Both the position numbers and the translations under genes were made by a program. This document shows, piece by piece, positions 18,394 through 28,113 of a stretch of 64,000 bases of DNA. Under the pieces are notes generated by a model that was not told where the DNA came from, ran no database searches, and saw only the letters and a program-made list of their open reading frames with translations. The DNA lies in the NCBI GenBank assembly GCA_964446235.1, contig CAYUNW010000004.1:141-64140 (forward strand). The letters run 5' to 3'. The DNA is from an uncultured Gammaproteobacteria bacterium (GTDB lineage Bacteria; Patescibacteriota; Microgenomatia; 2-02-FULL-39-11). Numbering within the stretch: position 1 is the first letter of the stretch; each line of letters starts with the position of its first letter.

Positions 18394-19428
18394 ATGGTTA
18401 TTAAAGAAATTAACATAAAAGATAAAACTGTATTTGATTCGCTTGCCATCCACCCTATGCAATCCTGGTCATGGGGTGAATTTAGAAAAAAAATGGGTTT
18501 AAAGTTATTAAGACTAGGAAAATTCAATAATGATAAACTGATAGAAACTGCTCAAATTACTTTCCATAAAATACCTTCTACTAAATTCACAATCGGATAT
18601 TTCCCTAAAGGAGGAATAACAAATCATGATATTTTGAATGAAATAATTAAGTATGCAAAAAAAGAGAATTGCATTTTTATAAAATTTGAACCCCACATTC
18701 AAAAAAAGACTATTAATTATCTGTCTTTTTATGATAAGTTTGATTTCAAAGATTCACCACATCCACTATTTACCAAATATACTTTTTGGTTAAATTTAGA
18801 AAAAAATGAAACAGATTTATTGAAGAATTTTCATCCAAAAACAAGATATAACATAAAAATTGCTCAAAAACATGGTATTAAAATTTCATTTGATAACTCT
18901 GATAAAGCATTCGAACAGTACTGGTTATTAACAGATTCAACTACTAAAAGACAAAAATTCTTTGCACATACAAAAAAATATCACCAAACAATGTGGGAAA
19001 CTATGAAAAATGACAAAATAGCGTACCTAATAAAAGCGGATTATTCTCAAGATAATAAAAATTATACATTGGTCAGCTGGATAGTATTTTTATTTAATAA
19101 TGTACTTTATTATCCTTATGGCGCTTCAAGTAATCTTTTTAGAAATACTATGGCGTCAAATTTACTTGCATATGAAGCTATAAAATTTGGCCAAAAGTAT
19201 GGTGCAAAAATGTTTGATATGTGGGGAGCTTTGAGTCCAAATCCTGATCCGAATGATCCTTGGTTTGGCTTTCATAGATTCAAAAAAGGATATGGAGGTG
19301 AATTGATAGAATTCGTCGGTAGTTACGATCTGGTCATAAACAAACCACTGTACTTACTCTATAACAAACTTTATTACTTAAGAAAAATATTACTTGATAT
19401 CAAATCGAACATACGAAATCACCAATGA
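18394..19428 (+). CDS. FemAB-family peptidoglycan interpeptide-bridge aminoacyltransferase
   Basis: FemX-like layout: HPMQSWSWGEFRKKMG, HPKTRYNIKIAQKHGI, MFDMWGA and FKKGYGGELIEFVGSYD. Confidence 0.7.
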   Translation: MVIKEINIKDKTVFDSLAIHPMQSWSWGEFRKKMGLKLLRLGKFNNDKLIETAQITFHKIPSTKFTIGYFPKGGITNHDILNEIIKYAKKENCIFIKFEPHIQKKTINYLSFYDKFDFKDSPHPLFTKYTFWLNLEKNETDLLKNFHPKTRYNIKIAQKHGIKISFDNSDKAFEQYWLLTDSTTKRQKFFAHTKKYHQTMWETMKNDKIAYLIKADYSQDNKNYTLVSWIVFLFNNVLYYPYGASSNLFRNTMASNLLAYEAIKFGQKYGAKMFDMWGALSPNPDPNDPWFGFHRFKKGYGGELIEFVGSYDLVINKPLYLLYNKLYYLRKILLDIKSNIRNHQ

Positions 19429-21017
19429 GTTTTAGAAAAATTAATCATTTATTCCGCAATAAAATATTTATTGTAATTTTTTTCTTTTTATTAACTATTC
19501 TTTGTTATAGTAATATCCTTAATAACGAGCTTTTTTTTGATGATGAAGAATTAATATATAAAAATGTTTATGTGGCTAATTTAAAATTTCTACCAAAATA
19601 CTTTACTCAAAATATGGTAGCAGGTGCGGGTAAAAACAGTAATATGTACAGACCGGTACTTTTAACCTCTTTTGCTATAGATCATTTATTTTGGGGAAAT
19701 AATCCTACAGGTTATCATTTAACCAGTCTATTGTTACATTTCTCAAATACTATATTACTTTTTTTGATTATATCCAACCTGACAAATACCAAAGTTGCTT
19801 TTCTGACAGCATTTTTATTCAATATTCATCCTGTTCAAACCGAAGCAATCGCATACGCTTCAGGCAGAACCGATCCGTTATCTGTTTTATTTATGTTAAT
19901 TTCAATTTTATTATTTATTAAAATAAAGAGTTTATTTACAAGAAAAAAAATAATGGTATTGTTATTTTCATCGATGTCCTTCGTTCTTGCATTACTATCA
20001 AAAGAATCCAGTATTATACTTCCTTTCATACTATTCTTATTACCATTATTAAAAAAAGAAGTATTAATTAATAAAAAAAATGTTCTTTATTTATTACCAT
20101 TTATAATTATTACGATTATATATTTTTTCTTAAGAATTAAGATCTTCAATTTTGATAATATTTTTAATTTTTATAATAATACTATCTATCAAAATTCAAT
20201 ATATAGTAAAAATATTTTTGTAAGAATATATACTTTCTCAAAAGTTTATTTTATGTATTTATACTTAATTTTTTTCCCGATAGAATTGAAATTTGTCAGA
20301 AATTCTCAAATTATTACTTCATTTAGCAATCCTTGGGTAATCTTTTTTGCTGTGTTCGTTCTATTTTTATTTTTAATTAGTTTTATATATAAAAATAAAT
20401 ATCCAATATATTTATTTTCTTTAATTTTCTTTTTTATTACGATTTTACCTACTTCTGGAATAATTCCAATAAATAATATAATTACTGAACATTATTTATA
20501 TTTTCCATCAATTGCGTTTTTTCTTACAATATCATCTATATTAAATTTTATTATTGATAAATATAAAAATTACCAAATAAAAATGACAGTTTTTACTGTA
20601 ATATCAATAATTTCGTTATTATTCATCATAAGAGTAATCATTAGAAACAACGATTGGCAGGATGCAATTAAATTTTATACAAAAAGTCTTATTCAAGAAC
20701 CTTCACATATTCCAATAAGACATAATCTAGCAATGGTATATTCGGAAAAAGGATACATTAATGAGGCGATAAACGAATACCTATTCTTAATAAAAAATGC
20801 TGATTATTATCCTCATACACGTCATAACTTGGCCAATCTATACAAAGGTTTAAAAGAATATTCAAAAGCTGAAGAAGAATATAAACAAGCACTACGGATA
20901 GATCCTAATTTCATATTCAGTTATCAGGGTCTTTATGATCTATATACTATAATTGGTGAAACCAAAAAAGCAGAAGACGTGATTGAAATGATGAAAAAAG
21001 TTGCACCTCCCCGATAA
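19425..21017 (+). CDS. polytopic GT-C-like membrane protein with C-terminal TPR repeats (TMTC/DUF1736-like)
   Basis: About 10 or more TM helices followed by TPR-like repeats (AIKFYTKSLIQEP, AINEYLFLIKNAD, AEEEYKQALRIDPNF). Confidence 0.5.
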   Translation: MSFRKINHLFRNKIFIVIFFFLLTILCYSNILNNELFFDDEELIYKNVYVANLKFLPKYFTQNMVAGAGKNSNMYRPVLLTSFAIDHLFWGNNPTGYHLTSLLLHFSNTILLFLIISNLTNTKVAFLTAFLFNIHPVQTEAIAYASGRTDPLSVLFMLISILLFIKIKSLFTRKKIMVLLFSSMSFVLALLSKESSIILPFILFLLPLLKKEVLINKKNVLYLLPFIIITIIYFFLRIKIFNFDNIFNFYNNTIYQNSIYSKNIFVRIYTFSKVYFMYLYLIFFPIELKFVRNSQIITSFSNPWVIFFAVFVLFLFLISFIYKNKYPIYLFSLIFFFITILPTSGIIPINNIITEHYLYFPSIAFFLTISSILNFIIDKYKNYQIKMTVFTVISIISLLFIIRVIIRNNDWQDAIKFYTKSLIQEPSHIPIRHNLAMVYSEKGYINEAINEYLFLIKNADYYPHTRHNLANLYKGLKEYSKAEEEYKQALRIDPNFIFSYQGLYDLYTIIGETKKAEDVIEMMKKVAPPR

Positions 21018-21019
21018 AA

Positions 21020-21910
21020 ATGATACCTATCACAAATTTCAAAGATGTTCGTCAATCCCATTATTTTGCTAGTTTTATGGAAAAAATCGGATGGGAAGTA
21101 GATTCAATCGGGAATACTTATATTTATATAAAAAAAATTCCGATAATCGGAAATTTCGTAAAAATACCCAGAATACCGGAAAATACTGATATTCAAAAAA
21201 TTTTAAAAAAAATATCGTTTTATAAACCCTTTCAAATCAAAATATCTCCATATGTTTTTTCTGATAATAATTCCCCTGTTTTTTTTTCTCATCTAAAAAC
21301 GCATGGATTCAAAATAGAATTATCCCCTTTCAACCCTACAACCACAATAATATTTGATTTGAAAAATAGTGAAAATGGTTTATTTGCTGGATTTACATCT
21401 GCAAAAAGAAGAGCAGTAAGGAAAGCAGTAAAAAATGGAGTTATAGTTAAAAAAACTAACGACATAAATAACTTCATAAAAATTCGCCAAACACAATATA
21501 CCCCGTTAGGATTTCTGGTTACTAGTGAAATGAATGCTTTGTGGGATACTTTTTATCCAAAAAATACTGTGCTATTTTTAGCTTATAAAAAAAATGATGA
21601 TAAAACACTTAAACCGATTAGCGGAATTCAATTATTGTTATATAAAAATATTTGTTATTACTGGTTCGCATCAAGTCTAATATCAGGTAAAAAACTATAT
21701 GCTCCGTCTCTTTTGGTATGGGAAGCAATAAAATATTCGAAGAAGGTCGGATGCAAATATTTTGATTTTGAAGGAATTTATGATGAAAGGTTCCCAAAAG
21801 CATCCCGGTCTTGGAAAGGCTTTACAAAATTCAAAGAAGGCTTTGGCGGTACTAAGTTTATTTATGCACCCAATTATACAAAAGCAATATTTTCAAATAT
21901 CATTTTCTAA
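21020..21910 (+). CDS. FemAB-family protein (second paralog, shorter)
   Basis: SAKRRAVRKAVKNGVIV, YFDFEGI and FTKFKEGFGGTKFIY match the C-terminal half of the FemAB fold. Confidence 0.6.
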   Translation: MIPITNFKDVRQSHYFASFMEKIGWEVDSIGNTYIYIKKIPIIGNFVKIPRIPENTDIQKILKKISFYKPFQIKISPYVFSDNNSPVFFSHLKTHGFKIELSPFNPTTTIIFDLKNSENGLFAGFTSAKRRAVRKAVKNGVIVKKTNDINNFIKIRQTQYTPLGFLVTSEMNALWDTFYPKNTVLFLAYKKNDDKTLKPISGIQLLLYKNICYYWFASSLISGKKLYAPSLLVWEAIKYSKKVGCKYFDFEGIYDERFPKASRSWKGFTKFKEGFGGTKFIYAPNYTKAIFSNIIF

Positions 21911-22672
21911 ATCTAACCAACTACAATCGATGCCTTTAAAATTAGATTTCACATAATCCATCAATGCTTTTATACCAAATATTTCTGTATTATAGTGACC
22001 TCCAGCAATAAAATTGATTCCTGCTTCCTTAAATATTTCTCTATTCCATTCATGCGCCTCTCCTGTAATGTATAAATCTATTCCCATATCTATTAGCTTC
22101 TGCATTTCAGATGGATTAGGAGCTCCTTTACCTGAAACTGCTACTACTCTTTTGATATTTTCTTTGTTTTGATAATAAATTGAAGTTGGACTTAACAATG
22201 ATTTAAGCTGTTTTTTTATAGAATCATATGTTTTTTCTTCTTCAAATTCCCCCAAGTACCCCCATGGAGCCTCTTGATGAAAATAAGGCTGTTTAATTTT
22301 TGCATGGATATTATTTAATATTTGAACATTGTTGCCGATTTTTGGATGAGCATCCAGTAAAAAATGGTAACCAAAAAGAGAGATCCTATTTTCGAGTAAG
22401 TAACTAATCCTATTCTGAAAAATCTGGTCGTATCTTAAGTAAGGCGGAAAATTGAACGCATGATGAACAATTATTACATCACAGTTTAAATTATTTGCCT
22501 TTTGGAAAAGTGCTATAGAAGCAGATACTCCAAAACCTACTTTTTTTATTTCCTTTTTAGCATTCACCAACAAACCATTTGCCATGTAAGGATCAATTTC
22601 TTGTATGTTAAGTGTCTTATCAAAATATAAATATTCGTCTAATTTTCTCTGTAAATAATCAAGGTTTATCAT
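21893..22672 (-). CDS. Nif3-like dinuclear metal centre protein
   Basis: VIIVHHAFNFPP, YITGEAHEWN and GGHYNTE motifs of the NIF3/YbgI family. Confidence 0.8.
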   Translation of the reverse strand: MINLDYLQRKLDEYLYFDKTLNIQEIDPYMANGLLVNAKKEIKKVGFGVSASIALFQKANNLNCDVIIVHHAFNFPPYLRYDQIFQNRISYLLENRISLFGYHFLLDAHPKIGNNVQILNNIHAKIKQPYFHQEAPWGYLGEFEEEKTYDSIKKQLKSLLSPTSIYYQNKENIKRVVAVSGKGAPNPSEMQKLIDMGIDLYITGEAHEWNREIFKEAGINFIAGGHYNTEIFGIKALMDYVKSNFKGIDCSWLDLENDI

Positions 22673-22687
22673 AATTTTATGTATACT

Positions 22688-25666
22688 TCATTGCCATGCT
22701 TTACATATCATTCTATAATCACAAAAATCGCATAAATTGCTGACTTTTGGTTCAAAACTACTATTTTCAATTTCTTTAGCGGTTTTTATGATTTTTTCCT
22801 TTGCACTTTGTAAATCCTGATCTGTTCTTGTGCTTGAAATTTTCTCGAATGTCTCAAAAAAATAAAAAGAAAGCACTACTTCACTTGATTTTTTATTATA
22901 AATACCAGAATCAGTTGCGGCAAGTGCATAAACAGTCATCTGTAAATTTTCTCTGATTTCTTTTTCCTTTGGCTTTTTTCCTGTTTTATAGTCAATTATT
23001 TCTATTCTTCCTTCTTGAAGATTATCAACTCTATCAATTTTACCTCCTAATTTAAGATTACTGTTTAATGAGATTTTGAATACCTGTTCTAAACTTAAGG
23101 GTTTTTGCCGAGGATCATATACTTTTTCATAAAACCCTTTCAGCATTTCTCTCCCTCTCTGTTTCATTTTTTTCTCATAGGCTCTCGAACCATAACCAAC
23201 TGGAGTCCATACTTTGTCAAGAATAGCCAATAAATCTTTAAAATTCAAATTTTCATTTGCCAAGCGTTTTTCGTAAAATTTTTGTAAAGCCTCATGCATC
23301 GAACTGCCAAATGAACCAGCCGCTGAAGGCATCACTGGAATTTTCAATATATAACGGTATTTATATTGGAGAGGACAGGTTAAAAAAGTATCTATTTGTG
23401 AATAAGATAAATAACTAAGTTTTGTTTTTGCAGAATAATTTTCCGCTTCTTTCTCTTTTTTCCAGTTAAAAAAAGACAGTTGTCCGGTTTCTTTATTCGT
23501 TTTTTTAAGGATTCTTTCAATACCATCACCTAAGGTTTCATATAAAAAAGGAGATGGTCTCCGTTCCCGTTTGGCCTGACCGTAATATGCTGAAGCGCTG
23601 AATATCAGCTTATCTCTAGCACGTGTCATAGCAACATAAAATAATCTTCTTTCTTCTTCCAAATGATAATCCCCTTCCGGCAGTATTTCTTTAATCAAAT
23701 CATCAGGAATTGGTATCTGCTCCTTTCTTTCATATGTGGGAAAACGGCCTTGAGTTAAATTCACTATAAATACTACTTTGAATTCCAGCCCCTTAGCAGA
23801 ATGTATTGTAAGGATATTTACCGCATTATTCTCTGTCCAATCAATATTTGTGACCAACGGGCTTTCTCCTAACTCCATAGCTGTCTCTATCCATTCAACC
23901 GTTCTATTGACTGAAGCATCTTCATTTTCGAATTCAAAATTTTTCAATTTATCAAAAAATTTTGAAATATTTATTACTTCCTTTTCTTTTTTAAGACTAT
24001 CAATATCAGTGAATTGTTTTAACATTCCTGTTTTCTCCAGAAATGAATATATTATTTGACCGGCTGTTTCTGTTTTAACTTGTAACAAATGATGTTTTAA
24101 AATTTGCATAATATTGAAAAGTTTTTCTTTTGTTTTTTTATCAATGCTAGGAATTAACTGAAAATAATTCTTATCATTGCTCCAATGACTTTGATCTTTT
24201 GTATATTCTGCAATAATTACTTCTATTGTTTCAAAAAGTGATAATCCGGTTTTTCGAGCAAAAGATAAAATAAATGCAATATCCCGTGGTGAAATTTCAA
24301 AAATAGGCATACTTAATACTCTATACATAACAACTGAATCGCTTGGGTTATTTAATAATTTCAAATAGGCAATTAAGTCTCTTACTTCGTTTTGACGGAA
24401 AAGCTGACCCGGTCCTAAAAACTGATAAGGAATACCTAATCTAGAAAAAGCTTTAATAAAACTGTCTGCATGATTATTTGCTCGAACTAATACAGCAATA
24501 TCTTTCCAATAATATTTACTTAGTTGATCGGATTTTTGATCGATTATTTGTTTAATTTTTTTAGCTACAGCATCTGCTTCATCTTCAGCTCTTTGGGAAT
24601 ATAAAAACTCAATTTTCTCACCATCAATATTTCTCACACTTTCCAATTTTTTGTTTATATCTTCTTTAACTTCAAGTCTATCAGGATTATTTGACTGAAT
24701 CATTTTATATGAGGCATCCAAAATATTTTTACTTGATCGATAATTCTTTGATAAAACTATCACTTTCGCCTGAGGAAAATATTTTTTGAACTGTAAAATG
24801 TTTGATATTGCCGCACCTCTCCAACGATAAATAGCCTGATCATCATCACCAACAACAGTAATATTTTTATGATTTTCAGATAGTATAACGGCTAACTGAT
24901 TCTGGGCAAAGTTTGTATCCTGAAATTCATCAATAAGTATATATTTAAATTTTTCTTGATAATTTTTAAGAATATTTTTCCGTTTTCTAAATAATTTTAA
25001 AGTATAAAAAATCAAATCACTGAAATCCAAAACACCATTTTTAATTTTTAACTCCTCATACTTCGAATATGCATAGGCAAGCTCTAAGTATTTTTCTGAA
25101 TCAATGATTTCAGCTTCACTAATCTTATTGTTTTTTCTATTTTTTTCAGCCCAAATAATATAATCTTTTGGCGTAACATCTTCATCCTTAAGCCTAGAAA
25201 AATGATTTGCTAAACCGTTTAGAAATTTTTTTGGATTACCAAGCGGACGAAAATATTTCAAATCGAAGTTAAACAAATTATCCCTTAGAAATATTATGGT
25301 ATCCGCATTTGTATGAAGTTTGAAATCAGAAGTAATTCCTATTTGAATTGCTTCATCTTTAAGCACTCGTTCACCAAAAGCATGAAAAGTCATTACCCAC
25401 ATCTCTCTATATCCAATAGGTAATGCCTGATCTAATCGTTCTTCCATCTCATGAGCAGCTTTTTCAGTAAACGTTAATGCAAGAATTTCTTCAGGTTTAA
25501 TCTTTTGCTCTGTAATCAACCACTTGATTTTTTCAGTTATAACTGTAGTCTTACCCGTACCTGCTCCGGCAATAATCAGAAGCGGACCATTATTATAAGT
25601 AACTGCATTAAGTTGTTGTTTGTTTAATTTTTTTTCAGAAATATTATTCTCTTTAAAAATCATCAA
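22688..25666 (-). CDS. UvrD-type helicase fused to a C-terminal Cas4/AddB-type PD-(D/E)XK iron-sulfur nuclease
   Basis: N-terminal AGAGTGKT, IDEFQDTN, TIHSAKGLEF and YVAMTRAR. C-terminal LSYSQIDTFLTCPLQYKY, IEIIDYKTGK, QMTVYAL and CDFCDYRMIC (CX2CX5C). Confidence 0.8.
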   Translation of the reverse strand: MMIFKENNISEKKLNKQQLNAVTYNNGPLLIIAGAGTGKTTVITEKIKWLITEQKIKPEEILALTFTEKAAHEMEERLDQALPIGYREMWVMTFHAFGERVLKDEAIQIGITSDFKLHTNADTIIFLRDNLFNFDLKYFRPLGNPKKFLNGLANHFSRLKDEDVTPKDYIIWAEKNRKNNKISEAEIIDSEKYLELAYAYSKYEELKIKNGVLDFSDLIFYTLKLFRKRKNILKNYQEKFKYILIDEFQDTNFAQNQLAVILSENHKNITVVGDDDQAIYRWRGAAISNILQFKKYFPQAKVIVLSKNYRSSKNILDASYKMIQSNNPDRLEVKEDINKKLESVRNIDGEKIEFLYSQRAEDEADAVAKKIKQIIDQKSDQLSKYYWKDIAVLVRANNHADSFIKAFSRLGIPYQFLGPGQLFRQNEVRDLIAYLKLLNNPSDSVVMYRVLSMPIFEISPRDIAFILSFARKTGLSLFETIEVIIAEYTKDQSHWSNDKNYFQLIPSIDKKTKEKLFNIMQILKHHLLQVKTETAGQIIYSFLEKTGMLKQFTDIDSLKKEKEVINISKFFDKLKNFEFENEDASVNRTVEWIETAMELGESPLVTNIDWTENNAVNILTIHSAKGLEFKVVFIVNLTQGRFPTYERKEQIPIPDDLIKEILPEGDYHLEEERRLFYVAMTRARDKLIFSASAYYGQAKRERRPSPFLYETLGDGIERILKKTNKETGQLSFFNWKKEKEAENYSAKTKLSYLSYSQIDTFLTCPLQYKYRYILKIPVMPSAAGSFGSSMHEALQKFYEKRLANENLNFKDLLAILDKVWTPVGYGSRAYEKKMKQRGREMLKGFYEKVYDPRQKPLSLEQVFKISLNSNLKLGGKIDRVDNLQEGRIEIIDYKTGKKPKEKEIRENLQMTVYALAATDSGIYNKKSSEVVLSFYFFETFEKISSTRTDQDLQSAKEKIIKTAKEIENSSFEPKVSNLCDFCDYRMICKAWQ

Positions 25667-25722
25667 AGTAATGCTACCACAAACTTACAAAATCTACACT
25701 GATAAAATCCTATCATCCGACC

Positions 25723-26148
25723 TCACATTCCAGGTTGATTATTTTCACTTCTTTCTGGGGTATTTCTAAAAAATGGGTTAAGCTGGATGGTCGTTGCAGA
25801 ATAGCTTTTATCAGGATTCTCCTGACCGAATATTGCTACCTGGTCACCAATTTTCAAATCATCTAATGATCCTTGTGTTGCTTTTGATACTTCTGTTTTT
25901 GAAGATGTCAAAATAATTTTTGTACTTTGGTCAGATAATTTTACAGTTATACCAGTACTATCTTTTGAAATGATTTCACCTCTAACCATAGCAGCACCGT
26001 TTCTTTGCTGCATTTGGCTACGCTGAAAATTAGGATTATTTCTGAATTGTGACGATCTTAGACCCTGTTGATATATCATACCACCATAAAAAGATAATCC
26101 TGAAAGAAATAAAATTATTACTCCCATAATTAGATAATTTTTTTTCAT
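25723..26148 (-). CDS. small secreted protein (DUF5666-like beta domain)
   Basis: Signal anchor, then VRGEIISKDSTGITVKL...LKIGDQVAIFG. AGGAGGTG Shine-Dalgarno. Last gene of the efflux operon. Confidence 0.35.
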   Translation of the reverse strand: MKKNYLIMGVIILFLSGLSFYGGMIYQQGLRSSQFRNNPNFQRSQMQQRNGAAMVRGEIISKDSTGITVKLSDQSTKIILTSSKTEVSKATQGSLDDLKIGDQVAIFGQENPDKSYSATTIQLNPFFRNTPERSENNQPGM

Positions 26149-26170
26149 ATTTTCACCTCCTTTTTAAAAA

Positions 26171-27394
26171 TTATTCATAACGTAATGCATCTATAGGTTG
26201 TAAATTTGCTGCTTTTCTTGCCGGGTAGTATCCAAAAATTATTCCTATTGCCGCAGATACTCCAAAAGCTAAAATAATTGATGTAAATGCTAAAGTGAAA
26301 GGAAGTTGCATGTATTTTGATAGTAAGTATGACACAGCTGATCCTACTAAAATACCAACTAGTCCTCCAGTAAATGTGATAATTATTGCTTCTGTTAAAA
26401 ATTGGGCTGTAATAATCTTTTTCTTAGCTCCTAAACTTTTCCTCAGACCGATTTCTCTTGTTCTTTCAGTAACTGTTACCAACATAATATTCATAATCCC
26501 TATTCCTCCAACCACAAGTGAAATTGCTGCAATACCAGATAATAAAGTAGTAAATGTAGCTGTAACTTGAGTAGCTGTACCTAAAATATCCTCTTGAGAC
26601 ATTATTGAAAAATCTGCAGCTAAAGGATCATTTATCCGATGTTTTTTTAAAAGAAAATAGCCGACTTGATCCCTTGCTTGACTCATGTTTTTTTCATCAA
26701 TAGCTTCTATAGAAATAGAACTAACATAATCAGCGCCATACAGTATTTTTTGTGCCGTAGTTAAAGGTACAAATACTCTATCATCCTGATTCATAAAACC
26801 GCTTCCTCCTTTGCTTTGTGTCACGCCAATGACGCTAAATGAAATCCCATTGATCCTAACGATCTTACCTATCGGATCAGCATTTTCTCCAAATAAATCA
26901 GTTACAGTTTGCGGTCCTAATACAGCTACTTTTGCCAGACCTTCAATATGCTGTTCTGTTAAAAAACTGCCTATAGATACCGGTAAATTCCTTACTTTTG
27001 AGTATTCTGCGGTTACTCCGACAATTTGAGTGTTAGTATTGTTTCTACCAGCAGTAACCTGGGAATTTCTAGAAAATTCTGGAGCTACGTTTTTCACAGT
27101 AGTTATTTCTGATGAATTTTTTATCGCTTTTGCATCCTCATAGGTTAAACTAGTCCTTCCCCCAACAGCTCCCCGTACACCACCACTATCAGCAGCTCCA
27201 GGCATAACTGTCAATAAATTTGATCCTAAAGATTTAATCTGGTCTTGAACTGACTTTTGAGATGATTGACCTAAAGATATCAAAGCTATGACGCTACCAA
27301 TTCCGATAATCACTCCCAACATCGCCAAAGCTGTTCTAATTTTATTTAAAGTTAAAGTAGAAAAACTTTCTGAGATTAATTCTTTGTAATCCAT
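26171..27394 (-). CDS. ABC transporter permease, MacB/FtsX type
   Basis: TM1, a large extracytoplasmic MacB_PCD-like domain, then a C-terminal FtsX 3-TM bundle (ERTREIGLRKSLGAKK). Confidence 0.85.
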   Translation of the reverse strand: MDYKELISESFSTLTLNKIRTALAMLGVIIGIGSVIALISLGQSSQKSVQDQIKSLGSNLLTVMPGAADSGGVRGAVGGRTSLTYEDAKAIKNSSEITTVKNVAPEFSRNSQVTAGRNNTNTQIVGVTAEYSKVRNLPVSIGSFLTEQHIEGLAKVAVLGPQTVTDLFGENADPIGKIVRINGISFSVIGVTQSKGGSGFMNQDDRVFVPLTTAQKILYGADYVSSISIEAIDEKNMSQARDQVGYFLLKKHRINDPLAADFSIMSQEDILGTATQVTATFTTLLSGIAAISLVVGGIGIMNIMLVTVTERTREIGLRKSLGAKKKIITAQFLTEAIIITFTGGLVGILVGSAVSYLLSKYMQLPFTLAFTSIILAFGVSAAIGIIFGYYPARKAANLQPIDALRYE

Positions 27395-28104
27395 TATTTA
27401 TTATGAATTTTATTTATAATTTTCCGATTTCCGTTGTGATTGTCTTCAAAAATTTTTCCGTCTTTGATATTAATTACTCTTTTTGCATATTTTGCTACTT
27501 GCGGCTCATGAGTAATCATAATAATAGTATTACCTTTATCATTTAAAGATTGAAAAATTCCCATGATTTCTTCTGCTTGTTTTGTTGCAATATTTCCCGT
27601 CGGTTCATCAGCAAGTATAATATTTGGGTTCATAGACAATGCCCGGGCAATAGCTACTCTCTGCTGTTGTCCACCGGACAATTGACTTGACGAGTGATAA
27701 AGCCGATCACCTAAGCCAACCGTTTCTAATAATTTTCTAGCTCTTATTTCTCTTTCATTTTTTTCGACACTACCGTAAACCATAGGAATGATTACATTTT
27801 TCAAAGCAGAAATCCTGGGCAGCAAATTATATGCTTGAAATACAAATCCGATTTTTTTATTTCTAATTTCTGCCAACTCATCCTCGTCTAAATCTGAAAT
27901 ATCATGACCATCTAGTATATATTCTCCGCTTGTGGGTACATCCAAGGCACCAAGTATGTGCATTAATGTAGATTTACCTGATCCTGAAGGACCCATAATC
28001 GCTACAAACTCACCTTTATTTATTTCAAAACTGACATCATCAAGCGCTTTTACTTCTACATCACCTGGTTTATATATCTTAAAAATATGAGAGACTTTTA
28101 TCAT
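27394..28104 (-). CDS. ABC transporter ATP-binding protein (MacB/LolD type)
   Basis: GPSGSGKST, LSGGQQQRVAIARAL and ILADEPTG. Confidence 0.92.
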   Translation of the reverse strand: MIKVSHIFKIYKPGDVEVKALDDVSFEINKGEFVAIMGPSGSGKSTLMHILGALDVPTSGEYILDGHDISDLDEDELAEIRNKKIGFVFQAYNLLPRISALKNVIIPMVYGSVEKNEREIRARKLLETVGLGDRLYHSSSQLSGGQQQRVAIARALSMNPNIILADEPTGNIATKQAEEIMGIFQSLNDKGNTIIMITHEPQVAKYAKRVINIKDGKIFEDNHNGNRKIINKIHNK

Positions 28105-28113
28105 AAGACCTGT

